From Candidatus Pelagibacter ubique HTCC1062 (GTDB lineage: Bacteria > Pseudomonadota > Alphaproteobacteria > Pelagibacterales > Pelagibacteraceae), in the NCBI RefSeq assembly GCF_000012345.1, contig NC_007205.1, forward strand, positions 60,001 to 92,000: a DNA stretch of 32,000 nt. Reading direction: 5' to 3'. A model generated the notes under the pieces. That model was not told the origin of the DNA and searched no databases. It worked only from the letters and a program-made list of their open reading frames with translations. Made by a program: the position numbers and the translations under genes. Positions 8,744 to 16,586 of this stretch are shown piece after piece; the first letter of the stretch is position 1, and every line of letters starts with the position of its first letter.

Positions 8744-10495
8744 TTATTCGCTTGAAAGAATTCTCTCATACTCTCTAAAATTAAGCTCACCAGATGCAAT
8801 CATTCTTCTACCCATATCTTGCATCGTTCTAAATCCTTCCTTAATAGCTATTTCTCTTAATTCAGGAGTGGTTGCTTGTTTTAAAATAGCTTCTTTAATT
8901 GGTTTTGATACCACTAAGATTTCATAAATACCTTGTCGACCTTTGTATCCTGAGTCACTACATTTTGCACAACCTTTACCTTTGATGGCTTTTACTTTTG
9001 AAGCGTCTTCATCACTAAACCCCATATCTTTAAGAACCTTAGGATTAACATCATCATCAGGCACTCTACAATCTTTACAATTTTTTCTAGCTAGTCTTTG
9101 GGCTACAACAAGTTGGCAGGCAGCACTTATTAAATAATCTGGTGTTCCCATGTTTTGTAATCTAGTAATAGTACTTGGGGCATCATTAGTGTGTAGAGTA
9201 CTAAATACTAAGTGACCTGTAAGGGCAGCCTTTAATCCGATATCAACTGTTTCTTTATCCCTCATCTCACCAACTAGAATAATTTCAGGGTCTTGTCTTA
9301 AAAAAGATCTTAAAGCTTTAGCAAAAGTAAAACCGATATCATCTTTAATTTGTACTTGTCCTACACCATCTAATTCATATTCTACAGGATCTTCAGCTGT
9401 TAAAATATTTAAATGGGGCTTACTTACTTCTTTTAAAATACTATATAACGTTGTTGATTTCCCAGATCCTGTTGGTCCAGTTACCAAAATTAATCCCTGA
9501 CTACCGTGAATTCCTTTTCTTAGACTTTCTAAATCTTGCTTTTCAAAATTTAATTGTTCAAGGGTAATATCTCCTGCATCTTTGTTAAGAATACGCATAA
9601 CAATTCTCTCATTATTTGCAGTAGGTAAAATTGATAAACGTAAATCAACTACTTTATTGCCAATTTTAAAATTAATGGCTCCATCTTGTGGCAATCTTCT
9701 TTCTGCAATATCTAATTTACCCATAATTTTAAATCGAGTAACCACTGCTCCATAGTTGTCATGTAAAAACTGTCTATAGGTTTCTTGTTCTTGAAGCATA
9801 CCGTCTAATCGGTATCTTACTCTTGAACTAAATCGGTAAGGCTCAATATGAATATCACTGACACCCATTTTAATTGCATCTGCTACCACTGCCGTACTAA
9901 ATTTTATTACCTCTGACTCATTTTCAATTGCTTCAATATCTTCTTCTGGTTTATTGTCTAAAACTTCCCCTGCATCTCCTAAATCTGTTTCAAAAGTTTT
10001 TGTTTTTCTCCTATTCTCATTTCGAATTGACGCAATAGTTACTTCATCTGTTTCACTTGATAATCTTTCAATATATTCAGAAATATCACCTATTTTTGCA
10101 GCATGAAGTTCTATGTTTTTTTTTGTAATAGCTTTTAAATTTCGCATCAATCCCAATTTTGAACTATCTGGGATTGCCATGTGTAAAGTTTTTCCATCAA
10201 TTTTAAATGGTGCTACAAAATTCATCTTAATATAGTTTGATGGTAAAACTGTTTTTACTTCTTCAGTAATTTCAACTGACTTTAGATCAATTATTTCTAG
10301 ATTTTGTTCTTTAATTAATAAATCAATTATTTTTTTTTCATCAGTAAGCTTTAATTCAAATATTGCATCAATTTGAGATTTATTGTTTTCAGTGCTTACT
10401 TTTTTAATATCTATTAAATCTTTTCCAGAAATAATGTCATTATCAATTAAGACATTAACTAAATTAATTTCACTCTCTCTACTTATTTTAAACAT
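8744..10495 (-). CDS. pilB: Type IV pilus assembly (extension) ATPase, GspE/PilB family
   Basis: Walker A GPTGSGKSTT, Asp box and Walker B (ILVGEMRD), His box (GHLVFSTLHTND) and a C-terminal tetracysteine cluster (CKDC...CAKC). An N-terminal T2SSE_N-like domain is present. Confidence 0.9.
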   Translation of the reverse strand: MFKISRESEINLVNVLIDNDIISGKDLIDIKKVSTENNKSQIDAIFELKLTDEKKIIDLLIKEQNLEIIDLKSVEITEEVKTVLPSNYIKMNFVAPFKIDGKTLHMAIPDSSKLGLMRNLKAITKKNIELHAAKIGDISEYIERLSSETDEVTIASIRNENRRKTKTFETDLGDAGEVLDNKPEEDIEAIENESEVIKFSTAVVADAIKMGVSDIHIEPYRFSSRVRYRLDGMLQEQETYRQFLHDNYGAVVTRFKIMGKLDIAERRLPQDGAINFKIGNKVVDLRLSILPTANNERIVMRILNKDAGDITLEQLNFEKQDLESLRKGIHGSQGLILVTGPTGSGKSTTLYSILKEVSKPHLNILTAEDPVEYELDGVGQVQIKDDIGFTFAKALRSFLRQDPEIILVGEMRDKETVDIGLKAALTGHLVFSTLHTNDAPSTITRLQNMGTPDYLISAACQLVVAQRLARKNCKDCRVPDDDVNPKVLKDMGFSDEDASKVKAIKGKGCAKCSDSGYKGRQGIYEILVVSKPIKEAILKQATTPELREIAIKEGFRTMQDMGRRMIASGELNFREYERILSSE

Positions 10496-12051
10496 TATAA
10501 AATTCTTGGAGCGATAAATACCAATAACTCGTTCATTGTATCAGAATTTGATTTTCCACTAAGTACTTTTCCTAGAATTGGTACTTTTGACGTTCCTGGA
10601 ACACCTTGTCTATTATTCGCTACGTTATTTTTTTTAATACCACCAATTACAACTATATCCCCATCAGCTACTAATAATTTTGTATTTATCTCCATTTTAT
10701 TTACACCTACTGATGCTGCATTTGCTCTATTTGGAGTATCATTGTTTACTTGAATTGAAAGCATAACGTTTCCATCACCTATGATATTAGGAGTAACTAT
10801 CAGTTTTAATGATGCATCAACTGGTTTATCTTCCCCTTCTCCACCATCAATATAAATTGTTTCACCCTGATTAATACTTGCTTGTTGATTATCTAATGTA
10901 AATAATTTTGGATTAGATACTGTTTTTGATAAGCCTTGAGCTTCTAAAAAATCAAGTTCAAGTTTTAAAACAGCAGAACCTGTTTTTTTCAATATTCCAA
11001 TTCCACTTGTTGCAGCAGCTGACCCAAAATTTACTAAATTATCTGTTCCAGCACCGCTTGTAAAAGCACCTGTTGAATCAGATAATGCAGCCCCTGAACC
11101 AGATGCAGCTCCTACACTACTACCTCCTTGTGTACCACCCATTCTTAAACTTTTTCTTGTATAAGCGGCTCCAAGTCTTTTTCCTAAACTTTGCTCAAAT
11201 GTTGAAGTAGCTTCAACTATAAAAGCTTCTATTAAAACCTGTTTTGTTCTTTTATCAATTTCTCGAATAACTTTATCAACGATATCTAAATCTTTCTCTT
11301 TACCTCTAACAATAATTGATCTTGTGGTTGCTTCTTCCGTTACTTGTATTGGTATAAAATTTCCATTCGTTCCAACAGTTGTAAATAATTCTGTGATTGT
11401 GGCTTTAGCTTCTGATGGAGTTATATAATAAAGTCTAAAAATTTCTGAAATAATTGGTTCTACTGAATCTTCTAATTCAACTTTTTTCTTAACTGCTGAA
11501 GCTCTCGCTGATTTATAACCTTCTTGTGACGTTAGATTAGCAGGAGTAGAAACTCTAATAATATTACTTGCTACATCTATGTCTGCTGCATAATTTTTTA
11601 AATCTAATAATGCATTAAATGCTTTATCCCATGGAACATTATCTAACTCTGCACTTATTGATCCTGCCACATCGTCACCTACTAAAATATTAATTTGACC
11701 AACTTCAGACATTAATTTCATTGCTTCTTTAAAATCTAAAGCTTGAAATTTAAAAGAAACATTTTGTTTTAAAGATTTGAAATCTTCCGAAATTAATAAA
11801 TAATTTCTCTCTTTAACAGATGATATTTGTTTCCTTTTTTTAAGCTTTACGACATCACCTTCAGCAGGAGTTGGTCCCATTTCTACACTTTTTTCAACCT
11901 CTAGTTTTCCAGTTTTCTTGATATCAGTTTTTATTAGTGGGGTGTCGTGTTTAAAAGAACCAGTGTTTTTAGCAAATTTTTCAGCACAACCTGTTAAAAA
12001 AATAAATAAAAAAGGTAAAATTAAAAATGATATTCTTTTTTTAAATTTCAT
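10495..12051 (-). CDS. pilQ: Type IV pilus secretin with an N-terminal lipobox
   Basis: C-terminal secretin signature (VVIGGIKKNNVANNRQGVPGTSKVPILGKVLS...ELLVFIAPRIL) and N0/secretin_N-like repeats. The signal peptide ends in LTGC. Its stop shares one nucleotide (10495) with the pilB start. Confidence 0.85.
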   Translation of the reverse strand: MKFKKRISFLILPFLFIFLTGCAEKFAKNTGSFKHDTPLIKTDIKKTGKLEVEKSVEMGPTPAEGDVVKLKKRKQISSVKERNYLLISEDFKSLKQNVSFKFQALDFKEAMKLMSEVGQINILVGDDVAGSISAELDNVPWDKAFNALLDLKNYAADIDVASNIIRVSTPANLTSQEGYKSARASAVKKKVELEDSVEPIISEIFRLYYITPSEAKATITELFTTVGTNGNFIPIQVTEEATTRSIIVRGKEKDLDIVDKVIREIDKRTKQVLIEAFIVEATSTFEQSLGKRLGAAYTRKSLRMGGTQGGSSVGAASGSGAALSDSTGAFTSGAGTDNLVNFGSAAATSGIGILKKTGSAVLKLELDFLEAQGLSKTVSNPKLFTLDNQQASINQGETIYIDGGEGEDKPVDASLKLIVTPNIIGDGNVMLSIQVNNDTPNRANAASVGVNKMEINTKLLVADGDIVVIGGIKKNNVANNRQGVPGTSKVPILGKVLSGKSNSDTMNELLVFIAPRIL

Positions 12052-12053
12052 AA

Positions 12054-12560
12054 TTATTTTGTTCTTTCTGTAATTTTATTATTAAAATTTATCACTAAGA
12101 GAGAGTTTTCATTTTTTTCAAAAACTGCTTCTCTATTGTTAAGTCCAACTAATTTTACTCCAGGGCTTAATTCTTCAAACCTAGCTAAAGTAATTATATT
12201 TCCACTTGAATTAATTAAAGATACGAACCCATCATCATTTGCAGAGGTCATTATCCCAACTAATTTAAACTTATATAAGCTCATTTCATTTTGTGCCTCT
12301 TCTGGATTACTTGATAAAATTGTATTACCACCAGTTAATGAACTATCTCCAGCAAAAGGATCGTTTAATGGAAGAGGCTCTTCATCTTTAATTTCTGATG
12401 AAATATTCGATTGTGAATTTGCCTGTTTTTCTTTGATCTTTTTATTTATCTCTTTAGCTTTATCAATAATGTTTTGCTCTTTATCATGACTATCAGCCAT
12501 GGAAACTTTTGATAGCAACATAAAAAACACTGAAATAATGATTATTTTAAAAAAATTCAT
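12054..12560 (-). CDS. pilP: PilP-like pilus assembly protein
   Basis: Signal peptide, a low-complexity linker and a C-terminal beta-domain resembling PilP (YKFKLVGIMTSANDDGFVSLINSSGNIITLARFEELSPGVKLVGLNNREAVF). Its position between the pilO-like gene and pilQ fits. Confidence 0.55.
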   Translation of the reverse strand: MNFFKIIIISVFFMLLSKVSMADSHDKEQNIIDKAKEINKKIKEKQANSQSNISSEIKDEEPLPLNDPFAGDSSLTGGNTILSSNPEEAQNEMSLYKFKLVGIMTSANDDGFVSLINSSGNIITLARFEELSPGVKLVGLNNREAVFEKNENSLLVINFNNKITERTK

Positions 12561-13224
12561 TTGGTAACCCCACTATTGTTAACGTACCTTTTACTTTTAT
12601 CGCTCCAGTTGTATTCCCTTTTACCACCTGAATAGACTCTTTGTCAAAGTTTAACATTTTGTTAGAAAGCGATAGAGCTCTTTTAAATTTTATGTAACCA
12701 ATAAAATTACCATCAATTTCAAAATCAACAGGGATCAAATAATAGGCAATATTTGCAACATTTTTAACTTGGTTGTTTTTCTTTTTTTTCGTTTTTTTAC
12801 CGTCTGCTTGGGCTAAGGCTTGTGCTTTTAATACTTCTTGAATTACCTTTTTTTCAATTCTAGTGATTACTAGATCATTTTGTCCGGCATATTCACTTAA
12901 TGTTTGATAAAGACCCTCTACTTCAGCTTTAGAATGAAACAAGCTAGAGTATTTTTCATAATCAGGCTTAAGTTTTTTAATTCTTGCTCTCATTGAATAA
13001 ATTTCAGAAGTAAATTTTGCAGTTTCTTGTATTTTCAAATTCATGTCGTCCAATTTAGCTTTTCTAGACTCAACCATTGGATTTAAAATTGCGTAATAAA
13101 TTATTAAGAAAAAAACAATTGCACCAAAGATTATTCCTATTTTTATAAGAGTTTTTTTATCAGCTAATTTTGTAATCTGATCCTTGATATCAGACATGTT
13201 AATATTTTTTAAATCTATATCCAT
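12547..13224 (-). CDS. pilO: PilO-like bitopic pilus alignment protein
   Basis: One N-terminal TM (LIKIGIIFGAIVFFLIIYYAIL), then a coiled coil and a ferredoxin-like C-terminal region. The call rests on synteny between PilN and PilP, so it is mainly positional. Confidence 0.55.
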   Translation of the reverse strand: MDIDLKNINMSDIKDQITKLADKKTLIKIGIIFGAIVFFLIIYYAILNPMVESRKAKLDDMNLKIQETAKFTSEIYSMRARIKKLKPDYEKYSSLFHSKAEVEGLYQTLSEYAGQNDLVITRIEKKVIQEVLKAQALAQADGKKTKKKKNNQVKNVANIAYYLIPVDFEIDGNFIGYIKFKRALSLSNKMLNFDKESIQVVKGNTTGAIKVKGTLTIVGLPNEFF

Positions 13225-13226
13225 TG

Positions 13227-15770
13227 CTATATTTTACCTGTTTTAATTTTTACAAACACTCTAAAGCCTTTCATTGTAGCACCACCTGCTGTAGATTTTG
13301 GTAATCGCATTGATGATAAAGATGCTTGCTCAACCAATTTTTGATTTCCTAAATTTTCTATAAATTTCAATATATCTTGATCACTTGCAGCTATTCCTTG
13401 AATAGTTAATCTTCTAGATCCATTAAATTCAACTTGATCAAATTTTACACGGTTTGGAACACTTGAGGCTACTTGAGCTAAAATTCTATAAGTTAATTCT
13501 TTATTTGATTTAAGTGTTCTACTTAATTTTAAAGACGTATTAATTACACTAAGTTCTTTTGAAACTATTTTTTTCTGTTTAATAATTTTAGCATGATCTA
13601 TTTTTACAGTTTCATATTGTTTTAATTTTTTATTATAGGAAGCAATATTCCAAAAAGATAAACCAAATAATACCACATAAATTGCAACTACAGCAGCAGT
13701 AATACCCTTGAATGCAAAACCTGAAATTGCTTTCATCTTCTTTTGCTTCATTACATTTGATCTATCTGGAAGAAGATTTATATTTTTAACTGCAGTAACA
13801 AATTTATAATAACCAAAGACATCAAGTTTTCTAAAGGCTAAGCCAACAGAAGTAGATAGATAAGATCTATTTAACTTATTATCTAAAATTTGTTGATACT
13901 GACTTGGAATTTTTAATCCTTCAGTAGGATCAAAAGTGTTAAATCCAACATTCATTAAAATTTTTCTAAAACTTCCTAAATATTCGTCTACATTTTTGAT
14001 ATCTGAAACAACTTTTATGTTTCGAATTCTCTTTTCATATTTAGTCTCAAAATCTTGAATTGCTTGCTTAACTTGAGTAACATATCTTCTAACTAATCCT
14101 TCTTTTTCTTCAGTATCTTGAGAATCTTGTAAAATTTTTCTATCTTGCCCTCTAATAAAAATATCAGTTATTATTGGGTTATTATTATAGAGGATCATTA
14201 AATAATTTTCATCTAATCCAAATTCTAAAACAGCAGTTAAATTGGCATCCTCAGTTTTATTTGTTATTTGATTAACTTGATCAACTGATGACTTTAAAGC
14301 AAAACATTTAACATCTATGATTACAGGATTTAAACCTGCATTTTTAATTATTGAAGTATAACTATTTATATCTGTTAATTTTGATGCAACGAATAAAATA
14401 TCCATTGTATTTTCTTTATCATTTCTATTTATGACTTGATGAAAAATAGAATAATCTTCCAAACTATCTGTTAGTTGAACTAGGTTTTCCCACAATGAAT
14501 TAGTTTCGATTGCTTTATTTAATTCATCTTCTTTCATTAAAGGTGCGGTGACTACTCTTATGATTGCACTAGTTACCGGAATAGCAATTGCTGCATTTGG
14601 TGAAGTTATTTTGTATTTTTGAATTGCTAATACTAATTCTTCTGAAAATTTATCCGCATTATCAATTGGAGTACTATCATCTGTAATGTCGACGGGGTGA
14701 ATATGTAATTTTTCTAACACCCATTGATTAGCTTTGTTACTAGAAACTTGGACTATTCTTATTTCTTTATTTGCTAACTCAATACCAATTATTTCTTCGC
14801 CTTGAACACTAGATTTACCTAATTTGGATTTGAAAAAATTTTGTATTTTTGATTTATAATTTCCAACTTTAGAATTATTAAAAGATGATTTTTTTATATT
14901 TTTAGCAAAATCTGGTTTTTTAATTTTAATTTCCTTAATTTTTCCAAAAATATTTGATAATTTACTTTTTACCTGATCTTGGGTAGATATTTCTGAGTTT
15001 TCATTTAATGGAACACTTGAAGTTTGTGGTTGTGCTTCATTATTACTTTGATTGGTTGTTGAAATATCAATTTGTGAAGATTCACCCTCTTCTGGCTTAA
15101 TATTTTCTTCAATTTTTAATTTTTTACTTTCTTCATGAACATCATCAAACCATTTTTCCAAAATTGGTATTGCATCATCTAAATTTGTTGTTCCAGAAGA
15201 TGAAATTTTTTGTTTACCATCAATATAAAGTCTACCTACCCAGTTTCTTGATTTAAGTTCACCTTTATATTTATCTTGCCTTACATATATATGTAGTCTT
15301 CCATCTTTTTTATGAATTACCTCATGCTCTTTTTTTTGTTCCTCATTATTAGTATTTGATGCACTTACATTTTGCTCAACAGATTCATCTTGAGATTGTA
15401 AAGTTTCTGAATTTTCAGTTAAATTATCATTTTCATTGGATTTTTCTGATTCATTATTATCAGTTTCTTGAGGATTTAAAGTATCAGTTGAATCGTTTTC
15501 AGATTGGTTTTCCTGATCACTCTTTAAAGTCTCTTCATCATTATTAGTATTTGATGCACTTACATTTTGCTCAACAGATTCATCTTGAGATTGTAAAGTT
15601 TCTGAATTTTCAGTTAAATTATCATTTTCATTGGATTTTTCTGATTCATTATTATCAGTTTCTTGAGGATTTAAAGTATCAGTTGAATCGTTTTCAGATT
15701 GGTTTTCCTGATCACTCTTGAGAGTATCTTCCTCTTTATAATCAAATTTGTCTTTATTATCTTCGTCCAT
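13227..15770 (-). CDS. PilM-PilN fusion protein with a ~325-aa N-terminal extension
   Basis: Residues ~325-660 are PilM-like actin-fold (EIIGIELANKEIRIVQVS...). Residues 663-847 are PilN: the INLLPDR motif at about 13764-13790, a TM (ITAAVVAIYVVLFGLSFW) and a periplasmic domain. The N-terminal extension is acidic and Asn/Ser-rich with a duplicated 65-aa unit, followed by a Lys-rich block. Confidence 0.75.
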   Translation of the reverse strand: MDEDNKDKFDYKEEDTLKSDQENQSENDSTDTLNPQETDNNESEKSNENDNLTENSETLQSQDESVEQNVSASNTNNDEETLKSDQENQSENDSTDTLNPQETDNNESEKSNENDNLTENSETLQSQDESVEQNVSASNTNNEEQKKEHEVIHKKDGRLHIYVRQDKYKGELKSRNWVGRLYIDGKQKISSSGTTNLDDAIPILEKWFDDVHEESKKLKIEENIKPEEGESSQIDISTTNQSNNEAQPQTSSVPLNENSEISTQDQVKSKLSNIFGKIKEIKIKKPDFAKNIKKSSFNNSKVGNYKSKIQNFFKSKLGKSSVQGEEIIGIELANKEIRIVQVSSNKANQWVLEKLHIHPVDITDDSTPIDNADKFSEELVLAIQKYKITSPNAAIAIPVTSAIIRVVTAPLMKEDELNKAIETNSLWENLVQLTDSLEDYSIFHQVINRNDKENTMDILFVASKLTDINSYTSIIKNAGLNPVIIDVKCFALKSSVDQVNQITNKTEDANLTAVLEFGLDENYLMILYNNNPIITDIFIRGQDRKILQDSQDTEEKEGLVRRYVTQVKQAIQDFETKYEKRIRNIKVVSDIKNVDEYLGSFRKILMNVGFNTFDPTEGLKIPSQYQQILDNKLNRSYLSTSVGLAFRKLDVFGYYKFVTAVKNINLLPDRSNVMKQKKMKAISGFAFKGITAAVVAIYVVLFGLSFWNIASYNKKLKQYETVKIDHAKIIKQKKIVSKELSVINTSLKLSRTLKSNKELTYRILAQVASSVPNRVKFDQVEFNGSRRLTIQGIAASDQDILKFIENLGNQKLVEQASLSSMRLPKSTAGGATMKGFRVFVKIKTGKI
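15344..15733. repeat. Two-copy 195-bp in-frame tandem duplication inside the pilMN 5' region
   Basis: 15344-15524 is identical base for base to 15539-15719 (181 nt, hand-checked), giving a period of 195 nt or 65 codons. The unit encodes EETLKSDQENQSENDSTDTLNPQETDNNESEKSNENDNLTENSETLQSQDESVEQNVSASNTNN. Confidence 0.9.
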
Positions 15771-15834
15771 AAAACTTATAAATAAAAATTAATATTTAAA
15801 TTGTTAATTGATTCTCTAACACAAAATTAATAAA

Positions 15835-15845
15835 ATTCTAACACA
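15835..15845 (-). promoter_or_regulatory. Candidate extended -10 element (TGTGTTAGAAT read on the minus strand) for the pilMN operon
   Basis: The reverse complement of attctaacaca gives TG-T-TAGAAT, i.e. TGn plus a 5/6 match to TATAAT. It lies ~65 nt upstream of the pilMN ATG (15770). No good -35 sits at 17 nt; TTGAAC at 15862-15867 is 21 nt away. AT-rich context makes chance matches likely. Confidence 0.25.
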
Positions 15846-16138
15846 AGATTATAATCATTATGTTCAAAATGGGTTGAATTTAATAAGAAACTATAAAATA
15901 TTCAATTAAATCAACAGTTTATTAAAATCATTGAAAAAAATTAAATTTAAGATATTTTTTTCTAAATAATATTTTCTCTAACACATTTATCATAATTTTA
16001 TCTTTTTATATTGTGTTAGAAATTTAATATTTTTTTCTATTTTTAAAAAATAAGTAAAATAGCTATTTTTTATTAAAACAACTTTTAATTGTTTTTTGTG
16101 TGAGAGAAAATTTTTTTTGTGTGAGAGAAAAATTTATT

Positions 16139-16149
16139 TGTGTTATAAT
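16139..16149 (+). promoter_or_regulatory. Candidate extended -10 element TGTGTTATAAT on the plus strand
   Basis: Perfect TGnTATAAT within the duplicated context tttatttgtgttataatt. It points rightwards into the palindrome array, with no ORF downstream. Confidence 0.2.
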
Positions 16150-16167
16150 TTTTTTAATTTTTTTTGT

Positions 16168-16311
16168 TTAGAATTATTCTAATATATTTTTTTTTCCTAC
16201 ATTAGAAATATTCCAAACTATTTTTTTTCTCTTTAGAAAGATTCTAATATATTTTTATTTTACTTTAGAAAGATTCTAATATATTTTTTGCAAATTTTAG
16301 AATTATTCTAA
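16168..16311. repeat. Five-unit ~32-bp tandem array, each unit carrying the palindrome TTAGAA-N3-TTCTAA
   Basis: Palindromes lie at 16168-16182, 16202-16216 (TTCCAA, one mismatch), 16233-16247, 16265-16279 and 16297-16311. Spacings are 34, 31, 32 and 32 nt. Each is followed by a TATATTTTT-like tract. Confidence 0.85.
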
Positions 16312-16502
16312 TTTATAAAAAAAAAAAATTATTTTTTTTCTCTAACACAAAAATTTTATTCTAACACATTTAAAAAAAAAAAAAATTATTTCATTTTGTG
16401 TTAGAAAATTAACATAATATTCTTTTTTAAAAAAGTAAGCAAAATCAACGTTTTTAATATTATGAATATAAAACATAAAATGTGTTAGAGCTATATTTAT
16501 TT

Positions 16503-16513
16503 TGTGTTATAAT
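16503..16513 (+). promoter_or_regulatory. Candidate extended -10 element TGTGTTATAAT on the plus strand (second copy)
   Basis: Same 20-nt context as 16139 (tttattttgtgttataatt). It points toward the less AT-rich repeat segment 16690-17114 and would run antisense into the 3' end of the GAF::PP2C gene. Confidence 0.2.
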
Positions 16514-16586
16514 TATTAATATTATCATATTTTTAAAAAAGTCAATAAAATCAACATTTTTTATATTTTCAATAAATTTATTGATT

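Noticed and set aside
8744-10495. A possible c-di-GMP-binding MshEN-type motif in the PilB N-terminal domain
   Set aside because: I could not find the RLGxx(L/V/I)(L/V/I)xxG...LxxxLxxQ pattern in the first ~120 residues.
15861-15870. The shared 10-mer TGTTCAAAAT upstream of both pilMN (15861-15870) and pilT (29788-29797), containing TTGAAC on the minus strand as a possible -35
   Set aside because: Spacing to any plausible -10 is wrong: 21 nt at pilMN, and no hexamer at 17 nt for pilT. A 10-mer coincidence in AT-rich DNA is not compelling on its own.
16168-16311. A regularly spaced ~32-bp repeat array that superficially resembles a small CRISPR array
   Set aside because: The conserved part is only a 15-nt palindrome. 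The inter-repeat segments resemble each other (TATATTTTT tracts) rather than being unique spacers. No cas genes or leader are present.
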